64,000 bases of DNA. Source: Felis catus. Lineage: Eukaryota. The position numbers and the translations under genes are program-made. Numbering within the stretch: position 1 is the first letter of the stretch; every line of letters starts with the position of its first letter. The stretch lies in contig NC_058380.1 of NCBI RefSeq assembly GCF_018350175.1, forward strand, positions 92,504,001 to 92,568,000, read 5' to 3'. This document shows, piece by piece, positions 11,539 to 22,821 of the stretch. The notes under the pieces were generated by a model. It had not been told where the DNA came from. It did no database searches and worked only from the letters and a program-made list of their open reading frames with translations.

Positions 11539-12615
11539 GGTGGTGGCTCGGCTGCGCTCTGGACGGCTGTCTGGAGGGCGTGTCCGGGATGCTAGCTCAC
11601 CCAGGGCGGTGCTCCCGGCCTCCCCTGGGCCCGGCTGCCACCCCCCCCCCGCCCCTCCCCCTGGCTCCTGGGCTTTCTGTCCACAGTGTGCTGACGATCG
11701 TGGGGGGAGATGTGGAGGTGCTCTGGGGGCTGGTGGTGGCCCACAACCCCCATGCCTGGCTCTGGCCTCTGTGACCCCCGCCCACGGGCAGGGCCTCTCC
11801 GGCAGGTGTGGGGAGGGAGGCGCCGGGGCCAGGCCGTGCTGTGCGGGACTTCCTCCTTCCCAGACGTGGCGCCCGCTCAGGCCTAGCCCCACCGCCTCCT
11901 CTCCTTCCGGTGGCCGGCTGGTGATGCAACAGCGGGCACGGGAAGGGTGAGTGTGGACCGCCCACGGGAGAGGGGCCAGCCCAAGGCCACTCTGGCACGC
12001 TCTGCAGGCTCCCAGGTCCCGGGCACCTGCCACCTGTGGGCTCCTCGCTCTGAGGCGGAGGCCCGCTCCTGGCCATGCCTGACAAGGGGGCCATCCACAT
12101 TGGGACCGTCCACCGCTGCTCCCTTCCGTTGGCAGGCGGGAACCACTCCCTTTGGGCCTGGGCCACACCAGGGGCGGCCGTGTGGTCGTGCTCTCCTCTG
12201 GGTGGTGGGTTCAGAGAGGCCCTGACCTGCCGCCAGGCAGCCCTCAGCCAGTGTGGGAATCCCGCCCCCAGACGCAGGTGGCAACAGGCAGGGTCTTTGG
12301 AGGAGCTTCTCTGATTTCCCGCGGCCCTCAGTCACCCCATCCAGCCAGCAACAGACGTTGGCGACTCGGGATGGCCCTTGTGACATTGAGCTCTCCCTGC
12401 CTTTCCTGCCTAAAATCCACGGGTGCCGCACCTGGCCCCCTGCTGCGAGCCCCCCTGTGATGAGCAAACAGGTTCCGGGCGGCTCTGAAGGGGGACAGGG
12501 CACTTGGTGCCCTTCTGGGGTCCTTGTCCCAGGACCCTGCTCCCTGCCCCAGGAACCCTGAGCAGAGCCGGGCATCTTCCCAGCCTCCTTCAGAAAGGGG
12601 GGCAGACCCACCTAC

Positions 12616-12860
12616 CTCAGGGTCCTTGAGGGGCACCCGTGCAGTGGGACGCTGGCCAGCCCGGGCCACCCTGATCCGACAGACAGGAGGAGGTGCCGTC
12701 GGCAGCCCGGGAGGAAAGCCGCGCACTTCCTGCTGGTGCTGGTTAGCTCCACGGAGCCCGAGCAGGTCCTCCCCGAGGGAGCCGGTCTCTGGGGCTGCCT
12801 TCTGATTCGCCCGCCTGGCAGGGCCCGGGAGGCGGGGCGCAGGGAAGTGGAAGTCCCGCT
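12616..12860 (-). promoter_or_regulatory. CARD9: Probable non-coding exon 1 and myeloid (PU.1/ETS) promoter of CARD9
   Basis: Donor GAG|GTAGG at 12616/12615. CAGGAAGTG (-, 12724-12732) and AGGGAAGTGGAAGT (+, 12841-12854) are PU.1-type motifs. Resembles the human CARD9 5' UTR as I recall it. Confidence 0.55.
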
Positions 12861-13769
12861 GGGGCCTGAGGCCCAACCCTGGCACCACTAAACCCAAGCG
12901 TGGGCAAGGGCCCTCTCGAGGCTGGAGGAGGCCGGTTCGCCAGCTGGGCTGATCTGGCCTGGATGCAAGCTTCCAGAGGCTTCTCCAGAAGGGGCCGGCT
13001 GGAAACCAGCGTGGGCGGCTGGCCAGGTGCAGGTGGAGACCCGAGGGCACTGGGTCCGACTCCTGGGATCTCAGCTGGGTGCTGGGCCAGCACGCGCCTT
13101 GGTCACCGGAGGGCTGAAGCATAGTGTCCAAAGAGGGGACCTTGCCTGCCCCACACGGACGCCAGCCCGCGCTATAGCTAGTCCCCTCCTGGGTGTCCCC
13201 ACTCCACAACTTCTGCCACGACACGTGGCACTGTGACGGCAGGCTTCCGGGACCCCGAGGCCATGCCCCATGACCCCACAAGCCGGTGTCAGAAGGGGTG
13301 TTGACCAGCCAGCAGAGCCCGGGCCGGTGGCCAGGGCCACCGGCCCTCCGTGGCCTCCACCCCTCAGCTGTGCCGGGAACCCCCAGGTCAACGCCTCACC
13401 GGTGCAGCCGTACTGGTTGAACCGAGATGCCGGCTGCCGGGTTGAGGCAACAGCTAAGGACAGGTGGGACGGGCAAGGCAGGTCCTGACCAGCGCTCCCG
13501 CCCCACCTCCTCCAGGCAGCTGCCTCTTGCCCGACCGGCTCCCTGCCTGTCCTGTCTCGAGCCTCAGGGGTCCAGGCACAAGTCAACGCTGCTGAGCGGG
13601 GTGCGGGTGGGGCACCGAGGCAGCTGGCCTCTCCTTGCAGGTCTCTGGGAGGCTTCCAGAGCAGCCAGCCCTGGGTCCCGGGGGAATGGGTCCCGTTCCC
13701 CTACTTTGTAACACGAGGCTGAGGACGGCGTTTCCTGTACGGCGGGGGTTTGTGAGAATTAAGTAATAA

Positions 13770-13950
13770 AAATATCACGTTCTCTGTATCCGAGTTAAGT
13801 TAGACGTCAGTAACAAAAAGCTAACTGGAAAATCCCTAAGTATGTGAAAATTGAGTAAGAAACCTCTAGATAGTCCACAGGTCAAAGAAGTCCCAAGGAG
13901 AAGTAGACATCAGCTGAGACAGTACTGGGCACAAACCAAAAACTGAAAGC
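13770..13950 (+). mobile_element. Old L1 (L1M-type) ORF2 fragment
   Basis: A-rich island resembling L1 ORF2 (...CTGGAAAATCCC..AAAATT...GGTCAAAGAAG...), recognised from memory. Confidence 0.5.
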
Positions 13951-14479
13951 AGCCACACAGAGCCCCGCGGGGGGACAGCCGCCCGCAGGGCACCAGGGAC
14001 GCCCCGGGGGGAGGTGTGCATGCGGACGACATGGGACACAACGTGTAAGGGGAACAGAGCCCCCGGAGAAGCCGAGTGTCCTTCAGAGATGGGGACGGTG
14101 CCGGGGCCTAGACTCCTGCCAGGAAGCGGCCACCTGGGAGGAAGGTGGCGCTGGGCCGGGGCGCTGCGTGACCTGCGGGCAGCCAGGCTGCCGCTGCTCC
14201 TGGGCACCCACCTGGCGGAGAAGCAGGTCCACATCAGGACCTGTGGCGGCACCAGGGCCAGCAGCTGCCTGGGAGCTCGTGGCAGGCCCCTTGCCTGATG
14301 GGCACAATCGCATCTCATGGAAATGGCAGTCCCCACCCCCCACCCCAACACACACACTGAGGGCTCCTCAGACCCCAGGCCCAGCCGGCCGGATCCCCGC
14401 ACGGCCAGGGGAGGCCCCATCCTTCCGCACAACGCCCAGTCTCGGGGCAAGACCACAAGAGCCCGGGGCTGGTTTTTAA

Positions 14480-14680
14480 TAAAAAAATAGGCCATTCACT
14501 TTATTCCTTCAAACATCCCGATCTGTGCTTCAGGACCAGCCAAGCCCCCGGGGGCCTCACGGTCACGGCTGGCAGAGCCTTCCCCAACCTCCAGCTGCCT
14601 CTGGCTGCTCTCTCCCGTAGGGTCAGCGGTGGGCTCTCCAGGCAGGTGGGCTCTCCAGGGTCCGGCACGGCTCCCACCTC
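14480..14680 (-). other. SNAPC4: SNAPC4 terminal non-coding exon (3' UTR)
   Basis: Acceptor TTTTTGTGTTCCAG|G at 14680. AATAAA on - at 14500-14505. The preceding donor GTAAG is at 15638, just after the stop codon. Confidence 0.65.
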
Positions 14681-15646
14681 CTGGAACACAAAAATGCCCT
14701 GATCGGGGGGATGCCCTGACCGCGGCCAGACCCCGGGGATGGCACTGTAGGACGGGGAAGTGACAGCGCCGCCTCCCTTGAGGGCACGGCAGAACGAGCC
14801 CGGCCGCCCACCTGCGGTCCCCTGGGGTGGGGGTGGGGGTGCATGCTGCGGGCAGGCCCTGGAGCCTGGGTGGGCTTCGGCTGGGACAGCCCCCGCCAGC
14901 ACCCCCTCTGTGCACCCGAAGGCCCTGCCCCAGGACCCAGAACCTCAGGACACAGCCCCCACTGTGCTCAGAGGAGCTGGCTCCTACCTCTGGGGATCTG
15001 CTGACCCGGACATCCTCCCCCATATCACGCGTTCACATCACGAACCCAACTAAGCTGTGCTGAGGGCCTACTTGGTACCTGCCATCTGGGCACTCGGGAC
15101 CCACCCGCAAAAATCACATTACTAGCCTTACAGGCTGGTAAGGCTATGCAAATACGTGCATAGGCCACGTCAGATGTAGCAGGCTGTGCCAACAAGACAC
15201 ATGAATGTGGGGACACCAGGACAACAGGCAGGGAGGGCATCTCCACTAAACAGACGCTATTGGAAGAAGGGAACAAAGCTTACACACAGAAAGGAGAGCA
15301 GTGCAAAGGCCCAGAGGCACACGTGGGCTGGCAAGAAGGAAGCACCAGAGCCCAGCATGTGGAACCCAGTGGGAGAGGGGTGTCGCCAGGGGAGGGGAAT
15401 TAGATGGCCCCCTCCCAAGAAGGCCTCTACGACCCTGGGTCTGCCGCCAGATGCCTGAGCACACCCACCCCCCAAACTTACCTAACATCGTCACACTTGG
15501 GAGGTGAGCTCCTAAGGGCCGGCCTTCCTGCCTTTGGAAAGCCGTTGGCTCCACCCGCCCAGAGCAGAGCCGCGGGGAAGGCCTGTCTCTTCCAGGGTGC
15601 AGGGCTACCCGTACCCCACCCCACCCCCACGTGCTTACCCTGCCGC

Positions 15647-18600
15647 TCACACCAGCCTCCTCCTCTTCCGGGCATGCCAGGAGTGCCGGGTTCTGAGCAC
15701 ATCCAGGTTGTCAGAACTGTCTAGGCAGGAAGAGGCAGAGCTCTCCCCAGGGTCTGGGGCTCCCTGAAACAAAACCCAGGCAGATGGGGACAAGAGTGAC
15801 CCCCAGCCAGGACAGGCAGGGAAAGCGACAGCTGCAAGGGGTATGCCAGGACAGAAGCTGGGTCCTGACACTCTGGACGCCAGGGACAGGCAGCTCCCCA
15901 GACCGGTCCCTGCAGATGGTGAGACACTACAGGCTGGGCCTGGGGCATGGCCACGTGCAGGGGCCACACGGGGGCTCTGGCTTCCCACCCCGCACCCCTT
16001 GGGGTCTCCAAACTCCCAGCGATGCCACAGAGCCAGCCCTGTGTCATGGCAGCGGCCCTGGAGAGCCGGCAAGCAGGACGGGGGAACGAGGAGTCCTTCC
16101 CCGCACGGCCCCCAGTCACAAGCCCTGCCTCCCGCTGTCTGGACGGCGCAAAGGCGAGCTCCAGCTGGGGAGGCCCGCGACCTGCAGAGACCCCACAATC
16201 TTCCTGATCCGGCACCAAACGAGGCGGCCCGGCTCTCCTGCTCTGCCACAGAAGATGCGGAGACACCTCTCTGCGTGTTTAGACCGGGCTTCTTGTCAGG
16301 CAACAGGAAAAGGGGTTTTGCCTCCACGGCTCGGAAGACTCTTCTGAGGCCGAGGCCGCCAGAGCAGACCGCGAGAAGGACCTCGGGGTCCGGGACGTGC
16401 AGGGCCACCAGCAGGAGTCCGCGTGTGGGTGTGCGCGGTGCGTGGAGCCTGAGCCCGTCTGCTCAGCCCTCCGGCAGGGCTGTGTGGCCAGGCCAGCGGC
16501 CCCAGGGGTGGCCGAGGGGTTTCGTGAGTGGAGAGGTTCCTTCCCCTCCCGTTTTCCACACTGGCCTCAAGGGAGGCCACGTCCGCACAGACGGAGCCCA
16601 GAGCCAGCTTCCTCCTCAGCAACCAGTCGGCCACGGCTCCCACCCACTCCTGCCCACGCTGTTCCGGGTGGGCTGGGCACCCACAGCGGCCGCGGGGAGG
16701 CTGGGTGGGTGCTACGTGCCCACGGCCACCTACCTGAATGGGGGTGGCGGCGGCCGGCCCTGCCCGAGGACCGCTCGTGGAGCAGCCATCAGTGAGCTCC
16801 GACTCCTCCAGGCCCAGGTCGTCCTCGCTCTCGGGGTCAGCCCTCGTGGCTACGGACAGGGTGGTGGGAACGCCATCGGGGGACAGGGTGGCCAGGAGCG
16901 CGGGGAGGGTGAAGGCCGCCAGGAACCGCGCCTTGAGCAGCAGGTAGGCTGGGCTGTCCCGGAGCCACCTCCGTACCTGTCCCAGCGAGGCGTGCAGGGC
17001 TCCGGCGCCCCCCGGCACGAGGGAGGCGGCTCTGCGCTCCAAGGCCGCCTTCTGGAGCAAGAGTGCAGACAGGGCCCGCAGGCTGCACAGGGCGGGGGGC
17101 TGGTAAGGCAGCCCTCCCCCCAGCGGGGGCACGCTCACCCCACGCCGTCCCCTCAGCCACTCCCGCACGACCGCCTCACCCTCCTGAGATACGAGGTCCA
17201 AGTCCAGGGCACCCCTCTCAGGCCCAGGCCGGGGTGGGGGTGGCCTCTCCAGGCCCAGAGGCTCCCCGAGTCTCTCTGGTCTCAAGGTGGACCCTGCTGT
17301 CCCTCCTGGGCCACTCCCAGGGCCGGTGCCACCTCGAAGAGGCGGCTGGCTGGGCCTGGGGGACTTTGCTTCAGGGTGGTCAGCCAGGAGCGTGGCTTGG
17401 GAGGGTGCCCCAGACACAGCTGTGTCCCCGGCCACTTGGGCCTCTCCAGGGAAGGAGCCCCCCGCCGGGCCGTGGGCCCCGTCTCTGTCCACCTCCATGG
17501 AACCTTGAGACTGGTGGGGCATAGGAAGGCCCGGCGGGTCTGTCTTGGAGGGAGGATCTGAGTCTGTGTCCCGGCTGGTGGGGGGCTGCCAGGGGTGGTT
17601 CGGCCCGGGGAGCCCGGGACCCTGGCCTATCTGTGTCCCAGGCAGGGAGGACGACAGAGCCACTGACAGTCCCTTGGAGTCAGAGGTCCCTGCTGGCCCA
17701 GGAAGGCCCACCACGGTGGGCACGGGGAGTAGCCCCTGGGCTGTGAGCACCCAGGTGACAGGCAGAGGGGTGCCGGCCACCACCTGTGGCCCCCTCTCGG
17801 GTGTGCCCACAGCTGGCGTCGGGCAGATGGGCTGGACGGGCAGCTGAGAGGGGCTGGGGACTACAGGGAGAAAGGGTGGTGCCTCTGGCAAGCCCTGCTT
17901 CTGGGTGGCGGCAGGGGCCTGAGACTGTCCCGGGCCACCTCGATGGCAGTTCACGGGGACCTGGCTGGGGCCCAGAACCGGCACCATGGAGGCAGCAGGG
18001 GCAGCCTCTGTGGAGGCCAGGGCGCCGGCCAAGACTGGCAGGGTGGAGGGCCCTCCGTCCTCGGCTGAGGCCCGAGAACCGGAGGGGCACGGCTCTGTCG
18101 CGGCAGGGGCGCTAGGCCGGGAGAGCACCGAGGCTGTGACAGCCAGGCCCGAAGCCGAGGGGCCGTGGGGGGCCACCGGGAGACGGGGCTGGAGAGCCAG
18201 TGGGGAGGAGAGCAGCAGCTGGGGGGGGAGGACCACAGCGCCCGGGGCGGCCTTCCTGGCCCGGGCCTCCCGCAGCCGCTTCTCCCGGAGCAGCTCGGAG
18301 ACAGTCTTGGGCTTGGGCCGGGGACCACGCGGAGCAGGTGGGGGCGCCCGCGGACCGGACTCGGCATGGCAGGGCTGCAGCCCCCTGCTCCCTTTGAGGC
18401 TGGCGCTCTGCTTCGCAGCTTCTCGGGCTGGCACGCTCCGGAAGCTGTGGCCTGCGAGGCAGACAGAACACGTGTGCTGACGAGCGCCACGCACGCGGGG
18501 CAAAACAGGCCTCCCGTCAGGAGGGCCCTCGCGGAGGGCAGGCTGCTGCCGGGAGTGTGGAGCAGGAGCCGGGGCGTCCGAGCTCCTGCCGTGGCCGGGG

Positions 18601-21600
18601 TGCTAGGCGCGGGGCAGCCCATCAAGTACGGGACAGCACCGTGCCTTGTCCTCAAAACAAGGACCGTCAGGCACCCCTGCCCGCCTCTCACAGTCTCCCA
18701 GGACACCGGACCTTCGCGCGGTGCTGCTGGCGTGGGGAGACGGGTAGCGGCCAGCAGCAGAGGTCCCTGCCGGATGCCCGGGGCTGGAGGAGCCCTCACA
18801 CCTCCTCCTGGGGCACTGGGGAAGCCCTAGGGTGGCTGGTGCACTGGGGGCGGGGGGGTAGGAGCCCAGGGGCTGTCTCTGCCGCCTCCCGCCAGCCACG
18901 CTCTCGTCCCTGCCGTGGCGCTCAGACAAGACCCGTCAATGGAGCCACAGCTGTGCCGCTCAGAGCCCGAAATTCAACGCCTACGACAGGTTTGCCCCTT
19001 TCCCACTGGACACAATGGCAAGACAGGGGCAGAGACAGATGGTACCTGTAGCGTTCCGGGTACTTGAAGGCACCTGAAAAAGAAAGGCGAGCACCTCAGA
19101 GAAGTCCCCGGGGCACCTTGGGTGAGTTCATCACGTCGGGGTTTGAGGGAGAGACAGGAGCCTGGCCATCCGGGCAGAAGGGTTCCAGGGCTGCGACGGA
19201 GCACCACAGGGCCGATCTGGTCATTCTGTCCCTCCCTCCAGTTGTGACTGGGCTCAGGGACACGACCGCTCCCGGACGGACCCCACGCCTGGCATCCTAC
19301 CCCAGCAGGGCAATGCCCAGAGCAACACATGCCAAAGGGCTCGGAGACCCCCTTGCAGGAGTGGGGCGGTGTGGCAGAGGGAGCACATTGTGCAGGGGAA
19401 GCAGGCAGGCCTGGGTGCTGGGTCTGGCTCTGCGCCCCCCCCGCCCCTCCCCCCGGCCGGACTTTATGCGAAGTCCCCCCAGGGCTCCGGGCAGGTGGGC
19501 AGACACCTTCTAGGAGAGACCCCTGAGCGAGAGGGCCAAGGGCGAGCAAGGCTGCTCCCGGGTGCTGGCCCAGCCTCTAGGCCACCCGGGAAGGCCTTCC
19601 GTCCTGGGAAGGACCGGTGTCACTTACTCCCTGGCTGGACGAGTGCTGCCCATCCCCCGGGCACCAGCCCTGCCGCCTCACAGAGGGGAGGGACGGGTGG
19701 CAAAAGCCAGCTGAGCCCGCGTCCAGCGCTCACCCCTACTTCTCACCGGTAGGAGCCCAGGCACTGGGTCCCGGGTGCCAGTCTGCAGCAGGGCAGGGGG
19801 CTGGGCCTTCCTCTCTCGAACGACCTCCATGCAGCCAGCAGTGTCAATCTGGAACAGCTGAGGGACACGTGGGACACGTGCGTGACATACATGTGACAAG
19901 AGCCCGTCTCCTTTCCCCAACGAGAACCGAGATGACAAGGGTGCCCGTGATGAACGTAGGGCAGCTCCAGAGCCGGGCACGGCCCCATGAGGCTGCGACC
20001 CCCTCACTCGGGCCCAGGCGCCCCGGCTGCCTCAGCGCCGCGCTCCCGCCACGTCCAGGTCTCTGCTCCTCGAGCCTCCATTTACACCCTGGGGCTCCCA
20101 GCACCTCTGTCCCTTCCTGGGGGTGGGGCGGCGCTGTATCGTGGCCGCCTCTTCCACGTTGACTTGCCTGCTGTAAGCTGCAGGCCACGAAAAACCCTTT
20201 CCAAGGGTCAAGTTCAGGAAGCTGGACTTTAAGTAGCAAATCCACAAACTTTACAACTTCGCCCGATGAAAACAGAGCACGAGCTAAGAAAGCTCTATGC
20301 GAGGGGCTCACCTGGATAAAGAGGGTGAACACTGGGGTGCTGGCCAGGTGGGCGTCCTGAAGCTGCTTCCTGATGCCATCGGCTGAGGAGACAAAGTGGC
20401 TCTGGCTACCGAGGCCCCTCTCCTTGAGGCCCCCCAGGACCCCACGTCCCTCTGCCGCCGCTCTCAGCCACAAGGAAGGGTGGGGACCAGAGAGCGGGCC
20501 GAGCCTGACTGGCCCTCCCGAGCCGAGCACCCCCGCCCCTGGAGAACGACCAGCTTCTGAGGTCTGAGGAGACCCTTGCTAAGGCCTGAATGGCTGGTCG
20601 CTTCCAAAACCATCCCCTGGGTGCCAATCAGGTCAGAGACAAAACGCAAGCAGCCCTCCGAGGGGGGCACGTAGGTCCCCTCCCGTGCACCACGCACCGC
20701 CCCCAGCAGGGTCACCCCTCATTGCCCTGTGTCTCCGCAACCCTGGACCCCACAGGAGGCTCTCGAAGGGGCCCCAGCCTCAAAGGAGGCTCTCGAAGGG
20801 GCCCCAGGGCAGTACCTCGGGTGTGTGCCGCGGCAGGCCTTCGGGGAGTGCAGGGCAGGACGATGTCGCCCACCCACGGGCTCACAGCCATCAGGAGCTG
20901 GCGCTCAAGGAGCCTCCTCTGCAGGGAGTGTCCCCGCCATCGCTGCCTGTTCCCGATCGTCCTGTGCCACAGCTGCCGGACGCAGGGCCCGGCTACGGCG
21001 CGGTCACTGGGGCCGGCCCCCACGGATGGGCCGAGCAGGCCTGGCTGCCTCAGTTTCTTCTTCTGTGTGAGGAAGAAAAGCATCTGGGGTTCCTGGCCCT
21101 TCCCTGTTCTGGAGGGGCAGGGGGCCCAGACCGAGGGCGCAGGGGGCCCAGACCGAGGGCGCAGGGGGCCCAGACCGAGGGGGCAGGGGGCCCAGACCGG
21201 GGGGGCAGGGGGGCCAGACTGAGGGCGCAGGGGGCCCAGACCGAGGGCGCAGGGGGCCCAGACCGAGGGGCAGGGGGCCCAGACCGAGGGCGCAGGGGGC
21301 CCAGACCGAGGGGGCAGGGGGCCCAGACCGAGGGGGCAGGGGGCCCAGACCGAGGGGGCAGGGGGCCCAGACCGAGGGGGCAGGGGGCCCAGACCGAGGG
21401 CACAGGGGGCCCAGACCGAGGGCGCAGGGGGGCCAGACCGAGGGGGCAGGGGGCCCAGACCGAGGGCGCAGGGGGCCCAGACCGAGGGGGCAGGGGGCCC
21501 AGACCGAGGGCGCAGGGTGCCCAGACCAAGGGGCAGGGGCAGCGGGGGCCGTGGGCCAGCCCTACCAGGGTCCGGCACCGGTAGGCTGTATTGGTCCTCA

Positions 21601-22782
21601 GCACCTGCAGCACGGTCTCCAGGGGCACCCTGAGCAGACGACTCCCGCTCTGACAAGAAGACGACGCGAGCTGGACACGTGCGGTCCTGGCTCACGGCCT
21701 GCAGGGGCCCAGATCCACGGCGGGGTGGTGGGACGCCCTGAAGTGAGGCGGCCTCAGGCAGGTCCCTAAGGCTGGCACTGACACGCCTGCCCGGCTTGGC
21801 TGCACCCAGTGCTGACAGAGTCCCCGCTCCCTGCAGCCAGCAACCTGAGCTGAGGGCACCAAATGCCCATCAATCCCACGGGCAGCAGCCTGCGGTTACA
21901 GACGCGGGAGGGAAACCACGCAGCACGGGGGCTGCCGAGAGCCCTGCCTGCTGTCCCTCAGGGGCCAGAGTGCAGCCTCCAACCTCTCCCAGCACAGACC
22001 GACCTGTTTGATCCTGACCGCAACTCTGCCCGCAGCCAGGGCCCTGACACCCCTAATGTCGACTGGGCAGGTGTGCACGTGACCCGGCAAGGGGACCCGT
22101 CAGGGACCTCTGGACTTACAAGAGCTGGGAGGGCACCCCGCCTTCTTGCTGCCTCCCCACGGAGCGCCCTAGACAGCGCATGCACGGCTTTTAAAGGAAA
22201 CCGGCAGGGAGATGGAGACAGCTGGTGGTCTTGATAAAGACGGCTACTGGCCTGAACACAGTCCCCCCGAAACAGGTTGGGAACGAACGTTCTATTGAGC
22301 GAGGACAGGGTGTTGCTCCCAAACGCCCAGGAACACAGCGGACGCAAGCCCAGCACCAGCCTCGTGACCCCCAAGCAGGAGAGCATCCGATCCAGGGCGC
22401 GCTGGGGTCTGTGGCCTACCTCGTCCGCCGGCACCTCTGAGCCTGAGGGGGCAGCATCCGCTGAGCCCGGGCAGCCGACGGCGCTCGCACTGGAGCTGCG
22501 GGTCCCCGACGGGGCGTGCGCCCGGCCTGCCTCCTGTGCGGGAGCCGAGGCCGCGGGCCAAGCTGCTGGGCCAGCGTCCACCCCGCTGGTGCCCCTGGGA
22601 GGGCTGGGGGAGGCAGCAGGGCGTCCCGGCCGGCCCCAGGCGCCCCCCGCGCACGGCCCACTGGTGCCCTGCCTGGCAGGCACCCACAGGTCCATGTCTG
22701 GCACGGCGTGCTGTGCTGAGGGCAGCACCTGGCCCCCCGCCCGGGCCTCTGGGGCTTCCTCTGGCTCCGACCCCTCACTGTC

Positions 22783-22821
<39 letters not shown>

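Noticed and set aside
11035-12168. 377-aa ORF suggesting a long N-terminal extension of CARD9
   Set aside because: The upstream part is intron 1. The Kozak CCACCATG at 11538 gives the canonical 536-aa protein.
15843-17561. 572-aa + strand ORF
   Set aside because: It is antisense to the large GC-rich SNAPC4 exon, is low-complexity G/P/R, and has no recognisable domain. It is a shadow ORF.
21114-21545. CRISPR-like periodicity in the tandem arrays (also 9916-10121 and 32122-32203)
   Set aside because: There are no unique spacers and no cas genes, and the context is eukaryotic intron. These are minisatellites.
20685-21695. Repetitive 200-330 aa ORFs (GAGGPDRGRRGPRPR...)
   Set aside because: These are translations of the 22-bp intronic VNTR, not genes.
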